A stretch of DNA of 8,992 nt. It comes from Octopus sinensis. Its lineage: Eukaryota. Positions within the stretch are counted from its first letter, which is position 1; the number at the start of each line of letters is the position of its first letter. The stretch lies in contig NW_021828134.1 of the NCBI RefSeq assembly GCF_006345805.1, positions 1 through 8,992 on the forward strand, read 5' to 3'. Made by a program: the position numbers and the translations under genes. Shown piece after piece: positions 1 through 7,500 of this stretch. The notes beneath the pieces are model-generated. The model searched no databases, was not told the DNA's origin, and saw only the letters and a program-made list of their open reading frames with translations.

Positions 1-72
1 AATTTATCCTGTAAACAGTAACTATAAAAAGCATTATCGTCTGGATTCATTAAAGGGGTAAATATGGAAGAG

Positions 73-457
73 GAGGCGCGATGGCCCAGTGGTTAGGGCA
101 GCGGACTCGCGGTCGTAGGATCACGGTTTCGATTCCCAGACCGAGCGTTGTGAGTGTTTATTGAGCAAAAACACCTAAAAACTCCACGAGGCTCCGGCAG
201 GGATGGTGGTGATCCCTGCTGTACTCTTTCACCACAACTTTCTCTCACTCTTACTTCCTGTTTCTGTTGTACCTGTATTTCAAAGGGCCGGCCTTGTCAC
301 TCTCTGTGTCACGCTGAATATCCCCGAGAACTACGTTAAGGGTACACGTGTATGTGAAGTGCTCAGCCACTTACACGTTAATTTCACGAGCAGGCTGTTC
401 CGCTGATTCGGATCAACCGGAACCCTCATCGTCGTAACCGACGGAGTGCTTCCAAAA
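73..457 (+). mobile_element. tRNA-derived SINE, family A, copy 1 (near full length)
   Basis: Pol III A-box TGGCCCAGTGG (82-92) and B-box-like GGTTTCGATTCCC (125-137). Collinear with 1283-1672 and the reverse complement of 6807-7197. 3' stem-loop CGTCG-TAAC-CGACG (430-443), short A tail, TSD ATGGAAGAG at 64-72 and 458-466. Confidence 0.93.
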
Positions 458-504
458 ATGGAAGAGTCATCAGAACGTTTCGATATAACACTTTGTAACT
501 TTAG

Positions 505-560
505 CGCCGTGTTCAAATCTCGCCGAGGACAATTTTCGTCTTTTGTTCTTCAGGGATCGT
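505..560 (+). mobile_element. possible degraded fragment of another tRNA-SINE (B-box region)
   Basis: GTTCAAATCTCGCCGAGG (511-528) fits a B-box (GTTCRANNC) and resembles, from memory only, another octopus SINE. No second copy in the window confirms it. Confidence 0.22.
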
Positions 561-651
561 CAATGTAGAATTTTTTGACCGGGAGTTTGACAGAAGGCCT
601 TAGTGTTTGAATTCAAAATAATCATTATCATTATCTGTCTATCTATCTACT

Positions 652-1160
652 CATACATACATACATACATACATACATACATACATACATACATACATAC
701 GTACATACATACGTACATACATACATACGTACGTACATACACACATACGTACATAGATACATTCATACATACGTACCTACATACATGCATACATACATAC
801 ATACATACATACATACGTACATACATGCATACATACATACACACAGACACATACGTACATACATACATACATGCATATATATATACATGCATACATACAT
901 ACATACATACATACATACATACATACATACGTACGTACGTACGTACATACATACATAGATACATACATACATACGTACCTACATACATGCATACATAAAT
1001 ACATACATACACATAGGCACATACGTACATACATACACACATACATACATACATGCATACATACATACATGCATACATACATATATACATACATACATAC
1101 ATAATACATACATACATACATACATACATACATACATACATACATACATACATTCATACA
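652..1160. repeat. long imperfect (TACA)n tetranucleotide microsatellite, ~510 bp, preceded by short (ATT/ATC)/(TATC)n repeats at ~621-650
   Basis: Visible CATA/TACA units with TACG, CATG and CACA variants. It produces the HTYI/MYVC pseudo-ORFs. Confidence 0.98.
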
Positions 1161-1161
1161 T

Positions 1162-1197
1162 GCGCAGGCGTAGGTGTGTGGTAAGAAGCTTGCTTCC
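1162..1197 (+). mobile_element. 5' head fragment of SINE family B (A-box region only)
   Basis: GCGCAGGCGTAGGTGTGTGGTAAGAAGCTTGCTTCC matches the reverse complement of the head ending at 5840 at 30/36 positions; similarity then stops abruptly. Confidence 0.75.
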
Positions 1198-1282
1198 GGT
1201 TATAGACTACGGTCGTTGTTTGTGCTTCGCGCCGAAATTATCTTTGGATTTACCGTTGGATTATATTGTTACTACTGTTGGT

Positions 1283-1672
1283 GTGGAGGCGCAATGGCCC
1301 AGTGGTTAGGGCAGCGGACTCGTGGTCATAGGATCGCGGTTTCGATCCCCAGACCGGGCGTCGTGAGTGTTTATTGAGCGAAAACACCTAAAAGCTCCAC
1401 GAGGCTCCGGCAGGGGATGGTGGTGATCCCTGCTGTACTCTTTCACCACAACTTTCTCTCACTCTTACTTCCTGTTTCTGGTGTACCTGTATTTCAAAGG
1501 GCCGGCCTTGTCACTCCTGTGTCACTCTGAATATCCCCGAGAACTACGTAAGGGTACACACGTTCTGTGGAGTGCTCAGCCACTTACACGTTAATTTCAC
1601 GAGCAGGTTGTTCCGTTGATTCGGATCAACCGGTACCCTCATCGTCGCAACCGACGGAGTGCTTCCACATCC
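1283..1672 (+). mobile_element. tRNA-derived SINE, family A, copy 2 (full length)
   Basis: Starts GTGGAGGCGCAATGGCCCAGTGG, has A/B boxes and is collinear with copies 1 and 3. 12-bp TSD ACTACTGTTGGT at 1271-1282 and 1673-1684. Confidence 0.95.
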
Positions 1673-1817
1673 ACTACTGTTGGTAATGTTGAACTTGTTA
1701 CTATTAATTGTTGAACGGTTCTGTTTTCTCGATACGGGAAATAGAAATTGTTACATATTGTCTGTGCCCGTTGTGGTATTGTATATATCCTTCGTTTAAA
1801 AAATTGAACTGTTTTAA

Positions 1818-2125
1818 CCCCTTACCCAACAATTATTTTGAAAATAAATGTATTTTTTCAGACATATTTTTTAATTGTTTTATTTTACTATGTTTTGACT
1901 GGTGATTTCGAGGTATATTTCAAACCTTATTTATTATGAATTTTAATTCAATAATATTGATTTTAAATTACCGCTTTGGGCAGAAACGAGTTAACCCGTT
2001 TTTAGACGAAGGAACTCGTTTGCTGTCGATTTTGGCGAGTCTATCTTTTGACGAGTTAACTCGCCAGAGATAGAAAAAAACGATTTCGGTCAAAACGAAT
2101 ATATTCGTTTCTGCCGGGTAAGGGG
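1818..2125. mobile_element. piggyBac-like MITE (non-autonomous, 308 bp)
   Basis: TTAA (1814-1817) + CCCCTTACCC (1818-1827) ... GGGTAAGGGG (2116-2125) + TTAA (2126-2129). Perfect 10-bp terminal inverted repeats (TIRs) starting CCC with a TTAA duplication are the established piggyBac signature. Subterminal palindromes are also present. Confidence 0.8.
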
Positions 2126-2304
2126 TTAAAGTCTTTGCAGACTTATTTGTGAGTCCCGCCCGCCAGCGGTGTCGGAAATTGAACTGTTTTGAATCGTTTT
2201 AAACTGTGTCGTACTGTTTTGAACTGTTTTTGAACTGTTGAACTGTTCTTGAGGAGAATTTAAATTATTTTATTCTTGTGTTTTCTTTGCTCTTTAGTTA
2301 TTAA

Positions 2305-2673
2305 CTAGCAGTATCGCCCGGCGTTGCTCGGGTTTGTAAGGGAAATAACTATAAAGCATTTTTAGAGAGTTATAGCCAAAATATGGAAAAAAAATGATGG
2401 TAAATTTTTTAAGTTAAAAAGGTCGAGTTGCGTCCCCTAGACAGTCTGTGATTTGTGTTTCTGATTCTGAACCCCATGTCGAATTTATCGATTTTTTTCA
2501 GAACTGGTGAAACTTTTCAAAATTTTCCCTGCGTTAGTTTTGAATTATGACATTGGGCTATGTGTGTGTCAAGTTTCATCAGAATCGGTTGAAAGCCGTG
2601 GTCAGAGTGAGGGTACAAACTAACAGACACACAGAAACACACACAGACAAACTGCCGTTTATATATAGAGAGA
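2305..2673 (-). mobile_element. non-autonomous Helitron (369 bp)
   Basis: The minus strand reads A|TCTCTCTATATATAAAC...CCCGAGCAACGCCGGG-CGATACTG-CTAG|T. This gives a 5' TC, a 3' GC-rich hairpin (2317-2332) 8 nt before the terminal CTAG, insertion between A and T, and no TSD, all canonical Helitron hallmarks. It has a short internal CA-rich repeat (~2623-2650). Confidence 0.82.
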
Positions 2674-2877
2674 TTTCGGCCGAGTATGTCCGTCGAAATT
2701 ATTAGACAAAGGTGTACTGTCGAAGATAGTAATGTTGATGTTGGCAGCAGTGCTAATACTATGAAGAAATGTTCGGCGATTGCCGCAGTGGCAAAAGAAA
2801 ATATTGATATCTCTGTAGGAATGCTACAGGAATATTTCAAAAGAATGAAAGAGGAGAACGGGGGTGTGAAAATATCA

Positions 2878-3510
2878 TCATCATCATCATTGTTCGACCG
2901 TGGTCGAGACAATGGAATTTACCATGCTACGCCAGACTTCAAGGTCCAGCATGGCATTACGGAGGTTCTGTTTCTGGATGCCTGTATCCCTAGAGATTAC
3001 ATCAGGGTAGGAGAGTGTGCGCCCTCTGGTATCGCGAGCAGATGGCTTCCAGAGGAGGAAAGTAGAAATTACTTCTTTTCAGCTCTACAACAATGTCCAG
3101 AAACTGGACTCTCCTACCTTTCACAAGAGATGACACAGGTGATAGTTTCCCATATATTTGCATTTTGGTTGGATGGCGCTTCCACGAGAGATTTTGAGCT
3201 CTCATAAGGAGGCGGGTGTAGGTTCCATCCAACCGCCTCTCAAGCTTCTTTGATAACGTCCAGGTTTCTGAGCCATATAGTAGAACTGGTTCGACTGTGG
3301 CTTTGAAGATTTCAAGTTTGAAGTCTCTACTTAGATTTGATGACCAGATCTTATGCATGTCATTACAGGCTGACCAGGCCATACCCTTTCTAGTTAGAAA
3401 GTCTTTTCCAGATGATGATATGTATGACCCAAGATATTGATAATCAGAAACCATATTTAAAGGCGCACTGTTGAGAGTATGGATGAGGCAATCACTGTTG
3501 GACAGGCACT
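2878..3510 (-). mobile_element. 5'-truncated RTE-clade LINE (3' end, probably RTE-X-like)
   Basis: Encodes an RT C-terminal region, ends in a (TGA)n tail (plus-strand TCA repeats 2875-2890) and is flanked by an 11-bp TSD TGAAAATATCA at 2867-2877 and 3511-3521. Confidence 0.9.
2887..3454 (-). pseudogene. reverse transcriptase C-terminal fragment of an RTE-type LINE, frameshifted
   Basis: DYQYLGSYI...AWSACNDMHKIWSS...FKATVEPVLLYGSETWTL...LDGTYTRLLMRAQNLSWKRH...RRVQF. Frameshifts near 3100 and 3075 continue into GHCCRAE..VISTFLLWKPSARDTRGRTLSYPDVISRDTGIQKQNLRNAMLDLEVWRSMVNSIVSTTVEQ*. The YLGS, LLYGSETW, GHxxR and terminal WR motifs are typical of RTE ORFs. Confidence 0.88.
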
Positions 3511-3852
3511 TGAAAATATCACCCTCCTCCTAAACTGTTGATAAAGAGAGAAAACCATTTTTGCTTAAAACTTACTGTACAGAAATAAGCGCTTCAAGCA
3601 CTTTGAAACGGAGAAATTGAAAAATGCCTTGTCCCTATACAGAAAGGCATAACTTACATTGCAAGGGCCATGACATATGGCACCGTGGAGGTGCGTTTTG
3701 CCACAGAGGAGATGGCCCGCGGGTATTCTGTGAAACACCTGAAAACTAAAGAAATGGTGCTTCTGCCAACCTATATGCGGAAACGTACTTCCCGTGTAAA
3801 GGTGTCAGAAGTGGATCAGAGCGGACAAGATCAACTTTCTCCAAATCACATG

Positions 3853-4271
3853 CTCTCTTTACTCTCTTTTACTTGTTTCAGTCATTTGACTGCGGCCATG
3901 CTGGAGCACCGCCTTTAATCGAGCAACTCGACCCCGGAACTTATTCTTTTGTAAGCCCAGTACTTATTCTATCGGTCTCTTTTGCCGAACCGCTAAGTTA
4001 CGGGGACATAAACACACCAGCACCGGTTGTCAAGCAATGCTAGGGGGACAAACATAGACACACAAACACACACACACACGCATACATATATATATATATA
4101 TACATATATACGACGGGCTTCTTTCAGTTTCCGTCTACCAAATCAACTCACAAGGCTTTGGTCGGCCCGAGGCTATAGTAGAAGACACTTGCCCAAGGTG
4201 CCACGCAGTGGGACTGAACCCGGAACCATGTGGTTAGTAGACAGGCTACTTACCACACAGCCACACCTGCG
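3853..4271 (-). mobile_element. tRNA-derived SINE, family B, near full length, with internal (CA)/(TA) microsatellite (~4058-4110)
   Basis: Collinear with 5450-5841. The minus-strand head has TGGCTGTGTGG (A-box-like) and GGGTTCAGTCCC (B-box-like), followed by CTTGGGCAAG. The tail is a short AAGAGAGT-type repeat. No clear TSD. Confidence 0.92.
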
Positions 4272-4713
4272 ACACGAAATGGCGCGGACAGAGCATCTCG
4301 GCATTCATTCAGGGTGCCCAGGAAGATATCGAAATGCTTCCAGACAAGGTACTCGTGGGTCACAATACTATATTAAAAATCCAAGTGGAGGATAAAACCC
4401 CACATATTACGATTGTGGCAAAAAGAGCAGATGCTTTGTTTATAGTGATGAAATGGTTGTTTCAAATATCAGCTCGCTCCCTTCTTCAAATCGACTTTGC
4501 ATGCGCATGCGCACATCGTGCCACACGTCAGATGTCGAAGTGATCCACTTAGCTTAATTAGCATTTTGGATGACTACCATCCACACCAGTGATCTCCGAC
4601 TGGAGATTGAAACCTTAAATAATTGAATGGTAAAAGAAGCCCACCCCCATAGAAAAGAGATTAGTTCTGAAGATGAAATGGAGTGGAAGACATATAATAC
4701 CGGAGCATCTTGT

Positions 4714-4831
4714 ACACACACACACACACACACACAACACACCACACACACACACACCACACACACACACATATATATATATATATAACACGCACACACA
4801 CACACACATACACACATACATACACACACAC
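4714..4831. repeat. (CA)n microsatellite with a (TA)n insert
   Basis: Visible dinucleotide repeats. Confidence 0.97.
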
Positions 4832-4835
4832 CTAT

Positions 4836-5082
4836 AGTGTCTTCTGGCATTGCCACGGGTCGACCAAAACATTGTGTGTGGACTCGGCAGACGGAAACTG
4901 TAAGAAGGCTGTCATGCATATGTGTGTGTGTGTGTATACATATATATATACACATATGTGTATGTATATATGTATGTATGATATATATATATATATGTGT
5001 GTGTGTTGTGTGTGTATGTATTATGTATGTATATATATATATATATGTATATGTATGTATATATGTATGTATGTATATATAT

Positions 5083-5127
<45 letters not shown>

Positions 5128-5150
5128 GTATATATGTATGTATATGTATG

Positions 5151-5183
<33 letters not shown>

Positions 5184-5427
5184 GTATCGATGTATGTATG
5201 TGTGTATATCTATATGTACGTGTCTTTGTGTCTGTGTTTGTCCCCCACCATGTTTGATAGTTGGTGTTGGTTTGTTTATATCCCCGTAACCTAGCGATTC
5301 GGCAAAAAAAAAGATAGAATAAGAATTAGGCTTAAAATAAATTTCGGAGTCTATTTATTCGACTAAAACCCTTCGGGGCGGTGACCCAGCATGGCCGTAG
5401 TCCAATGATTAAAACAAGTAAAAGAGA
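4836..5427 (+). mobile_element. older, diverged SINE family B copy lacking the tRNA head, with an expanded internal microsatellite
   Basis: 4836-4914 (AGTGTCTTCT...GACGGAAACTG) and 5227-5427 (TGTGTCTGTGTTTGTCCCCC...CAGCATGGCCG...ACAAGTAAAAGAGA) align with many substitutions to the reverse complements of 3853-4271 and 5450-5841. Confidence 0.85.
4915..5226. repeat. compound (TG)n/(TA)n/(TATG)n microsatellite inside the SINE B copy
   Basis: Visible repeats at the position where the other B copies have a ~45-55 bp tract. Confidence 0.96.
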
Positions 5428-5449
5428 TGTCTGTTGTCTGTTATGTCTG

Positions 5450-5841
5450 TTACTTGTTTCAGTCATTTGACTGCGGCCATGCTGGAGCACCGCCTTTAGT
5501 CGAGCAAATCGACCCCCGGGACTTATTCTTTGTAAGCCCAGTACTTATTCTATCGATCTCTTTTGCCGTTCAGTGACGGGGACGTAAACACACCAGCATC
5601 GGTTGTCAAGCAATGCTAGGGTGACAAACACAGACACACAAACACATACACACACACTTATATATATATACATATATACGACAGGCTTCTTTCAGTTTCC
5701 GTCTACCAAATCCACTCACAAGGCATTGGTCGGCCCGGGGCTATAGCAGAAGACACTTGCCCAAGATGCCACGCAGTGGGACTGAACCCGGAACCATGTG
5801 GTTGGTTAGCAAGCTACTTACCACACAGCCACTCCTGCGCC
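5450..5841 (-). mobile_element. tRNA-derived SINE, family B, full length
   Basis: The minus-strand head GGCGCAGGAGTGGCTGTGTGG...GGGTTCAGTCCC is followed by an internal microsatellite (~5634-5678). Highly similar to 3853-4271. Confidence 0.93.
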
Positions 5842-5857
5842 TGATATATATACATAC

Positions 5858-5993
5858 TCACGGCAGGTTTATTTTAGTCTACCAAATCTATTCGCAAGGC
5901 TTTGGTCGGTCCGAGCAGAAGACGCCCTCAAGATGCCACGCAGTGGGATTGAACCCGGAACCATGTAGCAGATAAGCAAACTTCTTAGTACGC
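5858..5993 (-). mobile_element. degraded 5' half of another SINE B copy
   Basis: GTCTACCAAATC...CAAGGCTTTGGTCGG...AAGATGCCACGCAGTGGGATTGAACCCGGAACCATGT repeats 5701-5799 with indels. Confidence 0.8.
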
Positions 5994-6349
5994 CACCACA
6001 TGTATACATGTGCTTGACCCAATTCTTTTAACATTTTCCTTTCACTGTAGTTGGAATTCCACGTCTTTTTCACTCAGTAGATTATCTGGTTTTATTTAAA
6101 TATCTTTCAAAATATATATCGAATTACTTCATTACGATTCTTGAAGTGGAAGTTTAAAATCTAATAACAAAAATACTTTGTTTTTCCGATAGATCAATAC
6201 ATTTTTTTCTTTTAAATTGTATTTTCACATCTATCAGACTTGTGTGTTGTAAAATACAGTTGAACCTGTTTTTCATAAATATCATTTAAATTGAATTTTT
6301 TTGCCTTATGATCTGGAAAACAAAATTGGTATTTTCCAGAAACAAGCAG

Positions 6350-6399
6350 ACACACAAACACACACAAGCCCCACCTTCCACACACACCACACTGACACA

Positions 6400-6456
<57 letters not shown>

Positions 6457-6483
6457 ACACACAAACACTGACACACACACACA
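6350..6483. repeat. (CA)n microsatellite
   Basis: Visible repeats, including an uninterrupted run of ~48 nt and repeated CTGACACACA variants. Confidence 0.97.
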
Positions 6484-6612
6484 GGTGAGTATATAACTGA
6501 AAAACAAGGTGGTAAATTAGTACTCCAGTACTAAAGTTAGAGTAATATACATTTTAATAAAGCTACAAAGTTGCAAAATTATTACAGGTCTGTAACTTAC
6601 AATTTCACGATC

Positions 6613-6642
6613 CCGTTCGTCGGACAGTTATCCGACGAACGG
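6613..6642. other. perfect 12-bp GC-rich inverted repeat with a 6-nt loop (function unknown)
   Basis: CCGTTCGTCGGA (6613-6624) - CAGTTA - TCCGACGAACGG (6631-6642); the arms are exact reverse complements. Confidence 0.9.
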
Positions 6643-6697
6643 AACAGGAAACACTTAGTAACAGTTTTTTGTGATGCATTTGGAGCTTTCATAAAAA

Positions 6698-6698
<1 letters not shown>

Positions 6699-6728
<30 letters not shown>

Positions 6729-6793
6729 TATATATATTATATATATTATATATAATATATATACATACATAGACATGCACAGACACACACACG
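6699..6793. repeat. (TA)n microsatellite grading into CA repeats
   Basis: Visible repeats. Confidence 0.95.
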
Positions 6794-6806
6794 CAACGGC
6801 GAATTT

Positions 6807-7197
6807 TTTTTTAGGAGCACTCCGTCGGTTACGACGATGAAGGTCCCAGCTGATACGATCAATGGAACAGCTTGCTCGTGGAATTAACGTGCAAGTGGCT
6901 GAGCACTCCACAGACACGTGTACCCTTAACGTAGTTCTCGGGGATATTCAGCGTGACACAGAGAGTGACAAGGCCGGCCCTTTGAAATACAGGTACAACA
7001 GAAACAGGAAGTAAGAGTGAGAGAAAGTTGTGGTGAAAGAGTACAGCAGGGATCACCACCATCCCTGCCGGAGCCTCGTAGAGCGTCGGGTGTTTTCGCT
7101 CAATAAACACTCACAATGCCCGGTCTGGGAATCGAAACCGCGATCCTACGACCGCGAGTCCGCTGCCCTAACCACTGGGCCATTGCGCCTCCACAAG
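6807..7197 (-). mobile_element. tRNA-derived SINE, family A, copy 3 (full length, A tail)
   Basis: Reverse complement of copies 1 and 2. A T9 run at 6804-6812 forms the A tail. 11-bp TSD ACGGCGAATTT at 6796-6806 and 7198-7208. Confidence 0.95.
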
Positions 7198-7500
7198 ACG
7201 GCGAATTTATTTGCACACACGCATATTTGTGTGTTAGTTACATTCGTAAATGATAAAATATTAAAATATAGAAATAGTTATTGAATTATAAAAATGTTAT
7301 GAAGAGTCCTGATGATTGGGGTTGCAGTTAAGACATGTTTCTGAAAAAGACTGAGGGTCTCGGAAACGTTAAATGCACCTCATGAAACAAGTGTAGAAGA
7401 GAAATTTGGAACTAAAATAGTGAGTTTTAAAATTAAATTCTATGATATGGTGTGAGTGCATTAGGATTTGTTGAATTGCATGGGGACTTCTATCTCTAAA

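Larger units (their letters stand above)
2686..4434 (+). pseudogene. decayed, interrupted ORF1/gag-like frame of a probable non-LTR retrotransposon (pieces 2686-2877, 3522-~3830, 4274-4434)
   Basis: Excising the RTE at its TSD joins ...EENGGVKIS to PSS*TVDKERKPFLLKTYCTEISASSTLK in frame. A frameshift near 3609 leads to EIEKCLVPIQKGITYIARAMTYGTVEVRFATEEMARGYSVKHLKTKEMVLLPTYMRKRTSRVKV. After SINE B the frame reads TKWRGQSISAFIQGAQEDIEMLPDKVLVGHNTILKIQVEDKTP, then YYDCGKKSRC in a shifted frame (possible eroded CCHC knuckle). The family assignment is inference. Confidence 0.5.

Noticed and set aside
75-147. tRNA genes at SINE heads (also ~1287, ~7120-7190, ~7710, ~8075)
   Set aside because: A/B boxes are present, but acceptor and anticodon stems are incomplete. 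Each continues into a ~300-bp shared body, often with a TSD, so they are SINE heads.
154-516. Peptide MVVIPAVLFHHNFLSLLLPVSVV... recurring at 6859-7110, and GTEPGTMWLV recurring at 4027-4395 and 5757-5975
   Set aside because: The recurrence is due to SINE A and SINE B copies. Frames are broken by indels between copies, so they are not genes.
603-1161. ORFs of 60-168 aa (HTYI/MYVC repeats)
   Set aside because: They are translations of the stop-free (TACA)n microsatellite, with no coding signature.
2686-3207. 173-aa ORF as a real gene
   Set aside because: It is chimeric: host frame up to 2877, then antisense read-through of the RTE insertion.
4554-5294. ORFs up to 194 aa rich in Y/I/C/V/H/T; similar ones at 6212-6507 and 8543-8971
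   Set aside because: They are translations of CA/TA/TATG microsatellites.
6312-6340. 9-bp inverted repeat TCTGGAAAA/TTTTCCAGA
   Set aside because: It is short and partly homopolymeric in AT-rich DNA, so plausible by chance, with no associated feature.
6482-6490. Perfect splice donor CAG|GTGAGT
   Set aside because: The upstream sequence is a CA microsatellite with no credible exon or acceptor; one 9-mer match is weak evidence alone.
7309-7373. Hammerhead-ribozyme-like words (CTGATGA at 7309; CTGAAAA-AGAC-TGAGG-GTCT-CG-GAAACGTT at 7341-7370), reminiscent of Penelope-type minimal hammerheads
   Set aside because: CTGATGA has no valid stem II/GAAA partner. The second motif lacks the essential G8, has two extra bases before GAAA and only a weak stem I. 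At best it is a dead relic; an Infernal scan with hammerhead models would settle it.
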